DNA from: Verrucomicrobiota bacterium
Lineage (GTDB): Bacteria; Verrucomicrobiota; Verrucomicrobiia; Chthoniobacterales; JAFAMB01
Direction of reading: 5' to 3'
DNA length: 50,417 nt
Assembly (NCBI GenBank): GCA_019246215.1
Contig: JAFAQT010000033.1
Span: 1-50,417 of the forward strand
The notes under the pieces were generated by a model that was given only the letters and a program-made list of their open reading frames with translations, had not been told where the DNA came from and ran no database searches. The translations under genes and the position numbers were made by a program. This document shows positions 10,705 through 20,544 of this stretch, one piece after another. Numbering within the stretch: the first letter of the stretch is position 1; every line of letters begins with the position of its first letter.

Positions 10705-11928
10705 ATGGCGAAGACGATCGCAGTGCTGGGCGCGTTGGATACTAAGGGGCAGGAGTTTGCCTTTCTTAGACTCGAAATTGAAAAGCGTGGTTGTAGGGCA
10801 CTGGTGATTAATGTTGGGGTACTCGGCGCGCCTCTGTTTCAGCCCGAGATTTCAGCGGATCAAATTGCTGCTGCCGGCGGAGGGCATTTGACCGATCTGG
10901 TGGCGCGCCATGATCGAGGCCAAGCGATGGAAGTGATGAATCGCGGCGCCGCCGTTCTTGTTAAAAAACTCTACGGAGAAGGGAAATTCGACGGGATTAT
11001 TTCGATGGGTGGTGGTGGAGGCACGGGAATCGCTGCGAGCGCTATGAGGGCTTTGCCGGTGGGCGTTCCCAAAGTCCTGGTCTCCACGGTGGCGTCGGGC
11101 GATATCAGCCCCTATGTTGGGACGACGGATATAACTATGATGCCGTCGATTGTGGATATCGCGGGCTTAAACCGCATCAGCCGGATTGTGTTCAGCAATG
11201 CTGCCGGCGCCATTTGCGGCATGGTGACAGGCAAAGTTGAAAGATCGGCCGAAGATAAGCCGCTGATCGCAGCGACCATGTTCGGCAACACTACGCGCGC
11301 AGTGGACATTGCACGCAAGATCCTGGAAATGCACGGTTATGAGGTGCTGGTGTTTCATGCCACCGGAACTGGTGGCCGGACGATGGAGATGCTGATTGAA
11401 AACGGTTATTTCGCAGGTGTGCTGGATATGACCACGACGGAATGGGCAGATGAAATCTGCGGCGGGGTGTTCAGTGCCGGCTCCACGCGGATGGAAGCGG
11501 CGGCAAAGGCAGGGGTCCCGGAGGTAATTACTCCGGCCTGCGTTGACATGTGCAATTTCGGGGCCCCGGAAACCGTACCCGCCAAATATAAAGATCGCCT
11601 GTTTTACCGATGGAATCCGAATGTCACCCTGATGCGCACAACGATTGAAGAGAATGCCAAACTGGGTCAAATCTTTGCCGAAAAACTAAACTCAGCCAAG
11701 GGGCCTGTGGCCGTCTTCATCCCGATGGGCGGGTTCTCTGAAATGGACTATCCAGGTCAACCTTTCTGGTGGCCTGAGGCCGACCAGGGATTCCTCGATG
11801 CCCTGAAAAAACACTTACGGCCGGATATCCCGGTTGAACTCAGCGATAAAGACGTGAACCACCCCGAGTTCGCCAGCCGTACTGCTGAAAAACTCCTCGA
11901 ATTCTTGGAAGTAGATAACACGAAATAA
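10705..11928 (+). CDS. UPF0261 / Tm-1-like ATP-binding domain protein
   Basis: GxLDTKGxE, MRALPVGVPK..VSTVASG, TMFGNTT, FHATGTGGRTME, NPNVTLMRT. SD AGGAG. Confidence 0.9.
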   Translation: MAKTIAVLGALDTKGQEFAFLRLEIEKRGCRALVINVGVLGAPLFQPEISADQIAAAGGGHLTDLVARHDRGQAMEVMNRGAAVLVKKLYGEGKFDGIISMGGGGGTGIAASAMRALPVGVPKVLVSTVASGDISPYVGTTDITMMPSIVDIAGLNRISRIVFSNAAGAICGMVTGKVERSAEDKPLIAATMFGNTTRAVDIARKILEMHGYEVLVFHATGTGGRTMEMLIENGYFAGVLDMTTTEWADEICGGVFSAGSTRMEAAAKAGVPEVITPACVDMCNFGAPETVPAKYKDRLFYRWNPNVTLMRTTIEENAKLGQIFAEKLNSAKGPVAVFIPMGGFSEMDYPGQPFWWPEADQGFLDALKKHLRPDIPVELSDKDVNHPEFASRTAEKLLEFLEVDNTK

Positions 11929-11930
11929 TC

Positions 11931-12794
11931 ATGGCAACACCGCGTAGTGAAATTCTTAAGGCTTTCAATGCCAAGGTTAGAAAAGGTAAGCCTATTATTG
12001 GCGGCGGCGCTGGTACCGGTATATCGGCGAAGTGCGAAGAAGCCGCCGGCATCGACCTGATCGTTATCTACAATACGGGGCGCTACCGCATGGCGGGTCG
12101 GGTTTCCATTACCGGCTTATTCGCCTACGGTGATGCCAACGCCATCATGATGGAAATGGCGGGAGAGGTTCTGCCAGTGGTCAAACGCACGCCCGTCCTG
12201 GCAGGTGTCAATGCGACGGATCCCTTCCGGTTGATGCCCCATTTCCTGAAACAGGTCAAAGAGACTGGTTTTTCCGGAGTCCAGAATTTTCCAACAGTCG
12301 GTTTGTTCGATGGGAAGATGCGCGCCAATATGGAAGCAACCGGGCTGGGCTACGACAAGGAAGTCGAGATGATTCGGTTGGCTCATGAGATGGACCTGCT
12401 AACGACGCCTTATGTCTTCAATGAAGACGAGGCCCAGGCAATGGCAAGGGTCGGTGCAGACCTGGTGGTTGCTCACCTGGGCCTGACTACTGGAGGCACG
12501 ATTGGCGCTGCGGTTGCGATGACGCTGGAAGAAGCCGTCAACAGCACCATCCGAATCGCCGACGCTGCGCGCAAAGTCCGCAAGGATATCCTAGTGATCT
12601 GTCATGGCGGCCCATTTGATGAGCCGGAGGTCGTCGGTGAAGCGCTATTGCGAATGCCTGGAGTGAACGGTTTCTACGGCGCGACGAGCATGGAACGCCT
12701 CCCGGTCGAGCGAGGGATTAGCGAACAAGTCCGCAAGTTTACGGAAATCAAAACCGCACCATTGAAGAAAAAAAAGCTTTCGAGCTCTACTTAG
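11931..12794 (+). CDS. TIM-barrel signal transduction / PEP-hydrolase family protein (homolog of the Tm-1 C-terminal domain)
   Basis: IIGGGAGTGISAK, IYNxGRYRMAG, GVQNFPTVG, HGGP, GFYGATSMERLP. Confidence 0.9.
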   Translation: MATPRSEILKAFNAKVRKGKPIIGGGAGTGISAKCEEAAGIDLIVIYNTGRYRMAGRVSITGLFAYGDANAIMMEMAGEVLPVVKRTPVLAGVNATDPFRLMPHFLKQVKETGFSGVQNFPTVGLFDGKMRANMEATGLGYDKEVEMIRLAHEMDLLTTPYVFNEDEAQAMARVGADLVVAHLGLTTGGTIGAAVAMTLEEAVNSTIRIADAARKVRKDILVICHGGPFDEPEVVGEALLRMPGVNGFYGATSMERLPVERGISEQVRKFTEIKTAPLKKKKLSSST

Positions 12795-12919
12795 ACGCAT
12801 CCGGCGACGCGTGAATTCCGTATCGTCATCGCGCTTTGACTAACAACACCTATCGGGACGCACTCGGCTGATTCTTCCTCACTGCCTCTATGTCGTGAAA
12901 GCGTTTGATTGCCTCGCTA

Positions 12920-12990
12920 GTGTACCGTCTCCTAAATCCCTTGAGTTTCGTTGCGTTCAAAATGGACGAAGTATTTAGAAAATCGAATGT
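12920..12990. repeat. Degenerate short MITE-like element (same end sequence as 37553-37628)
   Basis: TA-GTGTACCGTCTC at 12918-12931 is identical over 12 bp to the TIR at 37553. The putative right end is eroded (only ctaaat/atttag pairs). Confidence 0.4.
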
Positions 12991-13159
12991 TTCTTATTGA
13001 CCCGGAATCGGGTGAGGCGTCCATTTGGGTGTCGCTCAGGACCTTTGACCAAAGGCGTTTCCTCTGCCCCCGGCGATACGGCTGTTACCGGAGACTCGGG
13101 AGATCTTAGTTAACAGGTCGGCGGGTGACAAATCGGCCTAAATCCCCCGGGAGGAGATA

Positions 13160-13687
13160 ATGAAAATACGCTTAGTGGTGGCCCTGGTAGGGCTGGCAAT
13201 CGGTTTTACCGCACCAGCCTTTGCACAACAGAAAGACGCGGTCGATCCACAACTAGCCGAGCAGCTTCGTGCGCTCAGTAAAAAAACTGGCGAGGCATTC
13301 AACAATAACGACGCCGCGGCCGTGGCCGCACTTTACACGGAGGACGCGATTTTAGTGCCGGACACAGGACCGGTTTACGGTCGGGCGGCCATCGAGAAAT
13401 TTTGGGCCGGCTTGTTCAAGCAATTTCATGTGAGCAACCAGGCCGACAAGGCGGCTGAGGATTCGCCTCACACGATAGGAACGGCCGGCAATGAGGCATG
13501 GAGTCACGGGCAATGGAAGGTGACGCTTCAAGGCCAAGACGGCAAACCTTTCGAACTGACGGGCAATTGGACAGAAATTTATCGTCGTGAGGGCGATACT
13601 TGGAAGAAGCGACTGGATACCTGGAACACAACCCCGGCACCTCCCGCGGCGCCGTCCCCGACAGCCACCCCCCCGAGCAACCAATAG
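13160..13687 (+). CDS. Secreted NTF2/SnoaL-like (DUF4440, SgcJ/EcaC-type) protein
   Basis: SD GGAGGAG. Signal peptide ending AFA-Q, AFNNNDAAAVAALYTEDA, GRAAIEK, IYRREGDTWK, Pro-rich tail. Confidence 0.85.
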   Translation: MKIRLVVALVGLAIGFTAPAFAQQKDAVDPQLAEQLRALSKKTGEAFNNNDAAAVAALYTEDAILVPDTGPVYGRAAIEKFWAGLFKQFHVSNQADKAAEDSPHTIGTAGNEAWSHGQWKVTLQGQDGKPFELTGNWTEIYRREGDTWKKRLDTWNTTPAPPAAPSPTATPPSNQ

Positions 13688-13767
13688 CATCCTGATCCGC
13701 GCGGTGACAGATTGGAACCCGAGGATCCGATAGCTGAAGGAGCTAAACGTTGTTTTTGGTCCATCTG

Positions 13768-13812
13768 CTATCCGAACCCCTTGTTGGCTTTTACCATGAT
13801 CATGAACCGCAT
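13768..13812 (-). pseudogene. 5' stub of a YciI/DGPF-domain gene
   Basis: SD AAGGAG followed by MRFMIMVKANKGFG*. This matches the family N-terminus MRFMxxVKAxKDSEAG, broken by indels. Confidence 0.55.
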
Positions 13813-13925
13813 CGTCGTGTCTCCTTATGGGTTCGGGTCCGGAGCCGAAGAGTTTCTGTTTGCAGATGAAATGTAATTTGAACAGAGGTATTACCTCGCT
13901 TTGCAATCCGGTTGCTGTTCGATGC

Positions 13926-15194
13926 TCAAATCGAGCGATCATCAGGAGCCGCAGTATCCTTGCTCCGCATCAACGCATTGGGAAGGAGCGGCAGCAGGAT
14001 TAGCACGATTGCCGTCGTGCCGGCATTCAGATAAACGAGGTCGGCGAATGGCCAATTGTGATCCGCAAGGTAGGAGCCGACAACGTCGGCGCCAAAAAGC
14101 GCAGCGTTGCGAATAGAGAGCATAAGAGAGTACCCAATGCCCTCACAACCCTTCGGCGTGGCCCGGGCAGCAAGATCGAGAATAGCGAGTTCGGCGAGTC
14201 CGAAAAAAAGCCCGTTCTGAGATTCGATAAATATCGCCCGGGTCCAGCTAGAATAGAACAGATAGAGTAACGTACCAGCAGCCGCGGTCGTGACTCCGAT
14301 GAATAATAGGATGCGAATAGGGACGCGCTTAATCAGTTGGCCGTAAAGGATAGCTGACAGAATCGCGAACGCTCCACTAAAGACGCCGAGATTTCCGATC
14401 GCCTGCTTGGAGAAATGCAACTCATCGGTCTGTTTGTAGAAAAGCGGCGTTGAAAATCCGGGCGAGAAGTAAAACAACGCGATGAATAGCAACGCCATCC
14501 AAAGATTTCTCGAACGGATAATGGTTTTCAACTGATGGCCCGCGTTTTGTAAAACCACGCTGCTTCGTTGCTGAGCAGCAGGCTGCTCCTTAAGGAAAAT
14601 GTACGCAATTGGGAAGATTGTTAGGGCAAAAACGGCGTTCGCTCCCGCCGCCCACATGAAGCCAGCGGTTGCCAAGAGACCGCCGAAAGGTCCCTGAACC
14701 AATGTGCAGAAATTAGACACGAACATGCGCAGGGCAGTCAGGCGGCCTGTTGCACCCATGCGTTGCCCAGCCTCAACGAGAAAAGCTCCAATAACCGTCG
14801 ACGCCATGACCATGAACAGGTTCACCGTCATTGCACCGAAAAGGAGTGCTTCGTACTTATGCGGAAGAAAACTCATGCCGATCCAGCTCATGCCGGTCAG
14901 CACCGAACTAAAAAGGAGATAGTGTCGCCGCCGCGTCCCGAAAAACGGGAACGCATCTGTCAGAATGCCGGCGAACGGCTTCAGATACCATGCCAACCCG
15001 CACCAGAAGAAGAACGCTGCCATTTGCTCGCGTGTGACCTGGACGTCATTCTTGAGGAGGAATTGCAGCGGCAGCTTTCCCAACCCCTGGGGCTGAGGAA
15101 AGGTCGAGGCAAAAATTCCAAACACGATAATCAAGCCCAGTGGAAGCAGATGGCGCTTGTCGTCTTTTGTCCCCGGGCTTGAGATTTTGCCCAT
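13926..15194 (-). CDS. MFS transporter, BT1 / folate-biopterin transporter-like
   Basis: About 12 hydrophobic segments. WYLKPFAGILTDAFPFFGTRRRHY and AARATPKGCEG are BT1-type motifs. Confidence 0.8.
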   Translation of the reverse strand: MGKISSPGTKDDKRHLLPLGLIIVFGIFASTFPQPQGLGKLPLQFLLKNDVQVTREQMAAFFFWCGLAWYLKPFAGILTDAFPFFGTRRRHYLLFSSVLTGMSWIGMSFLPHKYEALLFGAMTVNLFMVMASTVIGAFLVEAGQRMGATGRLTALRMFVSNFCTLVQGPFGGLLATAGFMWAAGANAVFALTIFPIAYIFLKEQPAAQQRSSVVLQNAGHQLKTIIRSRNLWMALLFIALFYFSPGFSTPLFYKQTDELHFSKQAIGNLGVFSGAFAILSAILYGQLIKRVPIRILLFIGVTTAAAGTLLYLFYSSWTRAIFIESQNGLFFGLAELAILDLAARATPKGCEGIGYSLMLSIRNAALFGADVVGSYLADHNWPFADLVYLNAGTTAIVLILLPLLPNALMRSKDTAAPDDRSI

Positions 15195-15441
15195 ATCGGG
15201 CTCTATCTGTATCTTGCGCTTGAACGGAATCCAAGCAGTGGATTGGGATTTGGCAGCCTTCCGCAATCAGGTGGCTTTACCCCTTGGCTTCTCCCCGAAC
15301 CACTTCGTTGTCACCGGCTGGCTGTTCCGCAAGCTTTTCGTATTGGTGCGCGGTCCTTTGCCCGGGCAGCGCAAATTCCTGTGCGCACTTGGTCGCGGCA
15401 TTCGATGCCTGGCCGATACCAGAGGTTCCGAACTTTGTCGG

Positions 15442-16005
15442 TTAGCTTTGCAGATTGGGTATTTTGTACCCGAGAATCTTCACTATCTGATTCAGTTGCT
15501 CAACCTTCAGGGGCTTCTTCAGGACCGTGACCGGACTGATCTGAAGGATTCGATCGAGGATCTTGTTATCCGGGTATCCTGTGATCACGATAACGTTCAG
15601 CTCCGAATCAATCTGCTTGGCTGTTTTATAAACCTGATCACCCGGAACGTCAGGCAATTGCAAATCCAAAAACATGAGATCGAATTTTTGCTTGCGGAGG
15701 CTTTGGATGGCCTCTTTAGCCGTGCCAACCACCACTCGACTAAAGCCGAGTCGTTTCAAAAATGTTCGAAAGAGATTCTGCAGGTCCCGATCATCATCCA
15801 CCACTAAGACGGTAGGTTGACCTTGTTTGTCTGGGCGCAGAATGTCGTGGTCCAGAGCGGATTTCTTGATCCGCCAGCGACCGCCGATTTGAATCCCGGG
15901 AATTTTTCCGCGTTGGACCAGATAATAGACAGTCGGAAGAGGAATTCGCAGGTACTCGGCCGTCTCTTTTACAGTAAGCAGATTGTGGATAGGGACTTCG
16001 CTCAC
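15442..16005 (-). CDS. Response regulator: N-terminal excisionase-like HTH (HTH_17) plus C-terminal receiver domain, paralog A
   Basis: LLTVKETAEYLRI...GKIPGIQIGGRWRI; VLVVDDD, FLDLQLPD, ITGY, KKP. GTG start. Confidence 0.88.
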   Translation of the reverse strand: MSEVPIHNLLTVKETAEYLRIPLPTVYYLVQRGKIPGIQIGGRWRIKKSALDHDILRPDKQGQPTVLVVDDDRDLQNLFRTFLKRLGFSRVVVGTAKEAIQSLRKQKFDLMFLDLQLPDVPGDQVYKTAKQIDSELNVIVITGYPDNKILDRILQISPVTVLKKPLKVEQLNQIVKILGYKIPNLQS

Positions 16006-16405
16006 AGCTGAGAAGAAAATTAGTCATTAATCATCATCACCTATAGTCACTATAAGAATCGCCTTTGTACTAATTGTACGCTTAGAAATTCTGAATACCC
16101 GTTACTCCGGCCCGACAAAGGAAAGCGACGAAAGTTATCGACTATTTGCTGCCGACTCGCCAAGCGTAAAATTCAAAACGATCAATCAAAACGCCTTGCG
16201 CGTGCCATACCCATGCTTTTGGTTTCACAAGCGAAGAGGCTGGATTAAATGAAGGTTAAGCTTGGCTGGTCGTGTGTCACGGCCGCCGCAAGAACGCGCT
16301 CTGCGCGGCCTTCGGCAGTCAGACCGATCACTAAACTGGAAGCACGATATCTCTTGGGAACCTGGCAGAGCAAGGGGGAGAGAAAAAAGAAATGAACAGG
16401 AGAGC

Positions 16406-17164
16406 ATGATGCGTACTGGGTTAGTGATCATCCATGTCGCGTTTGAAGATCTGGGGTCGCTGGGCCGCGAACTGACGAACGCCGGTTTCAGAACCCAAGT
16501 AATCGATGCTTGCACCGCCAACCTGCGCGCAATCGATGCGCTCGATCCCGACCTGATGATCGTGCTGGGTGGACCCGTGGGGGTTTATGAACACGATTCC
16601 TATCCCTTCCTTGAAGTGGAAATCGAATTGCTGCGCTCACGGCTTGCCGCAAAACGTCCAACATTAGGGATCTGTCTCGGTGCGCAGTTGATGGCGGCAG
16701 CTTTGGGGGCGCGTGTCTATCCGGGAACCAGAGGCAAAGAACTCGGTTGGGCACCAGTTCATGCAGATTCGGGGTTGGGCGTTCCGCCGTGGCTGGCGCC
16801 CGTGACCAGACCTGAATTGCGCGTTTTACATTGGCACGGTGACACGTTCGACTTACCTGAGGGAGCCACACGCGTTGCGGAAACATCTCTCTATGTCAAT
16901 CAAGGATTTGCGGTAGGAAACTATGCGCTGGCACTGCAGTTTCATCTTGAAGTGACAGTTGAAGGACTGGAGCGCTGGTATGTTGGCCATGCTAGTGAGT
17001 TGGCGCAAATCGGGATTTGCGTACGACAATTACGGGAAGAGAGTCGTACTTTTGGGCCAAAACTGGAAAGTGCAGCCAGCCAGGTCTGGCGGCAGTGGCT
17101 CGATCATGTTTTTAATCCCGATGGAAAAGCTACGGACGAGATTCCGCAGATCATTGCCACATGA
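16406..17164 (+). CDS. Class I glutamine amidotransferase (stand-alone, GuaA-like)
   Basis: HVAFEDLG, LGGP, LGICLGAQL (Cys nucleophile), WHGDTFDLP, QFHLE. SD AGGAG. Confidence 0.88.
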   Translation: MMRTGLVIIHVAFEDLGSLGRELTNAGFRTQVIDACTANLRAIDALDPDLMIVLGGPVGVYEHDSYPFLEVEIELLRSRLAAKRPTLGICLGAQLMAAALGARVYPGTRGKELGWAPVHADSGLGVPPWLAPVTRPELRVLHWHGDTFDLPEGATRVAETSLYVNQGFAVGNYALALQFHLEVTVEGLERWYVGHASELAQIGICVRQLREESRTFGPKLESAASQVWRQWLDHVFNPDGKATDEIPQIIAT

Positions 17165-17329
17165 AACTATCAAGCAACGATTGTGGCTCTAAGAGAAGGT
17201 TAAAATGCCCCGACTTGAATGCACGACACCAAACCGCTTTGCTTCGTGCGCAGTACTCCCCTGGCATAGCTGGTTCTAAACTCCTGACGGCAGGAGAGCG
17301 GGTCATGAGCAATTAGTCCGCTTTAGAAT

Positions 17330-18559
17330 CTATCTTCGCAGCGCAAGTATCAGCGTCGCATCCTGCCTGTTGTATTCATAACCGAAACCGAACGGCAGCG
17401 GTTTTGGCGAGCTCGTGGTATAATATTGAAGAAGATCTCGTTGGTAGAAGCTTTTGAACAGATTGATTGGTCCGGTATAAGTACCGAAGAACCGTAAAGT
17501 CCATTTTCCAGGGTTATAGTAGCGGAGTGGAATACCAGAGTCATCCTGAAGAAGCGACGCGCTAACCTGTAGCAAATAGTTGCGCGCAATATTGAAGCCG
17601 TTTTGGTGGAGCAGATAGGAGGCGGCCTTCAAAAGACTGTTTGTCGGGCCCAGGCGATTGCAAAAGCGAAGCACTGCCGAATTCCTCTTCAGTCCGTCAT
17701 CCGAAAGATCTGCGGAAAAGTAGTACAAGGCTTTGTGAACGCCCGTAGTTGGATCCAAAAATGTAACTTTCACGCCACGCACGCCTCCTTGGCCCAGGAA
17801 ACTGTAGTCCACTTTCAGGATCTCCTTTCCTGAGCGAGCAAGAAACACGAAAATAATCGGCAGTACTCCCTTGAGTTGAGAGCGCTGTGAATATTCGCGC
17901 AAATCCTGTGTTTCGAAGTAGCCGAAGTTAAGAATCGTGTTCAGTGAGTTTTCGAGGTTCTGAAGAGTATTCTGCAACAACGGCGGCGGCACGGATTGGA
18001 GTTCCGGGATTGACTCGACCGGCTCCAGACTAACCAGGACATAGGTGTCGCAATCCGGATAAAAAGTGTCTGCGTAGAGAAAGTCCGGCCCGCTGAAGAA
18101 ATAAAGGCAGGTACGGCTGAATCTTGTCACCGGCTCGAGGAACTCGGAGCGCCACGTGCGAATGTTGCTGAGTTGGAGCTGCTCAAGTTTGGAGAACGCT
18201 GCGGTCATCGCGTTGGAGTGCGCGATCCAGCGCGGGTCACTAGTGAACCTGGTCAGCGGTGATTCGGGCGAAACCGGCAACCCGGCGAGGTATCGAGCAG
18301 CGTCGGTTGCGTTGGATGGTTGTATTATTTGCGGCTGAACCGACTTTTGACCAGGGAGAGGCGAAAGTTCCTGTGTTGAAGCGGCTGGCTGCCCTGGGAT
18401 TCCGGGCGCAGACAATCGGGGCGGCGGCGCAACATTCTGGGCCTGAGCGATGGCTAATGGCATAGAATCGGTGGCTAACGCCATAGAGGCGATTAACGCG
18501 AGGCCGACCAACGTTCGCCCGACGACGCCGAGCGCTCCTGGGACCGGAGCAGTGTTCAT
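17330..18559 (-). CDS. Exported hypothetical protein
   Basis: 409-aa ORF with signal-like N-terminus, Pro/Gln linker and a globular domain (YFFSGPDFLYA, LLKAASYLLH, LQDDSGIP, PLPFGFGY). Confidence 0.75.
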   Translation of the reverse strand: MNTAPVPGALGVVGRTLVGLALIASMALATDSMPLAIAQAQNVAPPPRLSAPGIPGQPAASTQELSPLPGQKSVQPQIIQPSNATDAARYLAGLPVSPESPLTRFTSDPRWIAHSNAMTAAFSKLEQLQLSNIRTWRSEFLEPVTRFSRTCLYFFSGPDFLYADTFYPDCDTYVLVSLEPVESIPELQSVPPPLLQNTLQNLENSLNTILNFGYFETQDLREYSQRSQLKGVLPIIFVFLARSGKEILKVDYSFLGQGGVRGVKVTFLDPTTGVHKALYYFSADLSDDGLKRNSAVLRFCNRLGPTNSLLKAASYLLHQNGFNIARNYLLQVSASLLQDDSGIPLRYYNPGKWTLRFFGTYTGPINLFKSFYQRDLLQYYTTSSPKPLPFGFGYEYNRQDATLILALRR

Positions 18560-18646
18560 ACATCAGATTCTTGTTGCAATTCTGCCTACGTGTTTTCCGC
18601 CGCGTTCATCGAGAGTTCGCAGGTGTCCAAAAATAGCGATTTTTGG

Positions 18647-19726
18647 TTATTGTTTCAGGAGCAGCAGCTTGGCGAGTGGGATCAGCATTCGCTCAGGGGA
18701 AGCCGCTAGCCGGGCTGCCACATCGGCCTCTAGACGATTCACGAAGGTGATCGCACGTGAACCAGCTCGGCCGGTTGCCAGGCCGGCGGCAAGCGTCGGG
18801 AACACCGACGCACGAGAGAAGGCAGCCCATTGGGCGCCGAACCCACGGGCGTCGCCGTTATTCTCGAATTCCGCCCAGATTCGATCCTCGCTCAAGAACA
18901 CCTCCATTTGCTCAATTGAAAGACCATTGAAGCTCCCGCTATCGGCGAACGGCTCCACGAAATCCGATCGGCTCCGCCCAACAGTCGGGATGACCATCCG
19001 CCTGGCTTCCTCCGCACCGAGAAAACCCTCCTTGACCATATCGAGAAGCGCCGCGTACATGGCTTCGAGCAGCGGCCGATAGCCGAAATTGCCCGCCTCA
19101 TCGACCGCCATCGTCAGCACAACCAGCTTCCCGCCGGGGCGTAGTTCGCATCCCCGGTGGACAAGGAATGTCCGCCAGTCCTCGGCCGCCTGTCGAGCGA
19201 ACGCCGCGCGCGCGGCCGGATCTTGGCTATAGGCAATCTGCACCTGATCTGGGATCTGCGCCGGCAGCCGACTTAGCCATTGCACCGCCCAGGAGCTCCA
19301 CGCCAAGGTGACACTGCTTGAGGGAAGCAGCTGCTCGTAGAATGACCTTCCGATTGCGGACGCGAACACGGCAGAATCCCCGCGCAGGTAGCTGTTCGGG
19401 TCGACGGCCAGAGTCTGGAAGAGTGCTGTGAAATCATTGTCCGGCAGGTCGGTGTGCACGACCCAGATCGCCCGTCCCGGCCCAGCCCGCTTCCGGAGTG
19501 TACGGATGGCCACCGCCAGCGGGCCAAGCGAGTTATGCCCCTCAGAGGAGCCATAGTCGGCAACGATCACCGGCTGCGGCAGCAGCTCCAACGCGGCGGT
19601 CTTGGCCGCTTGCTCAAGTAGCGGCACCGCTGGCGACAGCCCGGCAGCCTGCACGCGCGAGCTGCGATTGTAGGCCCCGTGTCCTTCCATCGGGGCGGGA
19701 CTAACGACTGCCAGTGAGTCGGTCAT
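18647..19726 (-). CDS. SAM-dependent carboxyl methyltransferase (SABATH / Methyltransf_7 family)
   Basis: MEGHGAYNRSS..Q, VADYGSSEGHNS, TDLPDNDF, GRSFYEQLLP..SV....SSWAVQWLS, DW..FL..R..EL.PGG. Confidence 0.88.
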   Translation of the reverse strand: MTDSLAVVSPAPMEGHGAYNRSSRVQAAGLSPAVPLLEQAAKTAALELLPQPVIVADYGSSEGHNSLGPLAVAIRTLRKRAGPGRAIWVVHTDLPDNDFTALFQTLAVDPNSYLRGDSAVFASAIGRSFYEQLLPSSSVTLAWSSWAVQWLSRLPAQIPDQVQIAYSQDPAARAAFARQAAEDWRTFLVHRGCELRPGGKLVVLTMAVDEAGNFGYRPLLEAMYAALLDMVKEGFLGAEEARRMVIPTVGRSRSDFVEPFADSGSFNGLSIEQMEVFLSEDRIWAEFENNGDARGFGAQWAAFSRASVFPTLAAGLATGRAGSRAITFVNRLEADVAARLAASPERMLIPLAKLLLLKQ

Positions 19727-20509
19727 CGGTTCCGGGGATCTTCGTTCGCAGCGCTGGGAGTCTAACCAGAATGTCGCAAGCGTGGCAAGAATTTGGCGCT
19801 TTTAAAGCTTCGGACCATTGCCCTGGGCAAAACTCGAGCCAGATTCAGCGCGTGGGCTTCCGCGCATTGCTTTCCCTCTCTACATTTGTCCAAGCTACAA
19901 AATGGTGAACGAGGCCGCGATTTTTTCGGCAGCAAACACGGGAGAAAATGTCGCGCCGAAGAGATGGTTTCCGTGCCGCCCAGCGCGAGCCGGTAGACGT
20001 CGAAATCGGCGAAGTTAATCCTTGAAAACAAAGAAGGATTGAACTAGTCCAGAAGAAACTTGGCCTGCGGATTCAGATCGAACTGGGCTATTGTCGCTGC
20101 GCCTTCTTATCCTCTCTCCAAGATCACCCGCCAAGGCGCGGACCCGAAAATCGCGCGAAGTTCGGGAACCGGCTGGGGCGTGTAGATCGAGAGCCAGGCC
20201 CAAGACGGCACACCCGCATTCTGTACGGTCTTGCGATCGAAACCGCTGACATGTAAGATCGGTAAGTGCGCTATTTTAGGTTGCTGCTTTGGCTAGTCTT
20301 TTTCGCGATTGCCACGTTCTGCTGGATTGTTCTTATCGAGCATGGACCGGAAAATTTCATCGAGGGCACCAGGATCGAATGCGAGAACCTGGGTTGGCCT
20401 ACATTTCCTTTTTTCAAGTAGCCGATCGAGTATCAATCCAATCTTTGCAACATGTCAACGCGCCCGTCAGGTTTCCACCCGCACCGATAGCTCAAGAGAT
20501 CTCTGCCGT

Positions 20510-20538
20510 TTGACGCTCTATGCGCCGTCCGATATTTT
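20510..20538 (+). promoter_or_regulatory. Putative sigma70 promoter of rex
   Basis: TTGACG-17 nt-TATTTT, ending 6 nt before the GTG start. Confidence 0.5.
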
Positions 20539-20544
20539 TCATAC

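Noticed and set aside
15267-15401. 44-codon basic ORF (MPRPSAHRNL...) on the minus strand between the regulator and the MFS gene
   Set aside because: No SD and no recognisable motif. Cannot be distinguished from chance.
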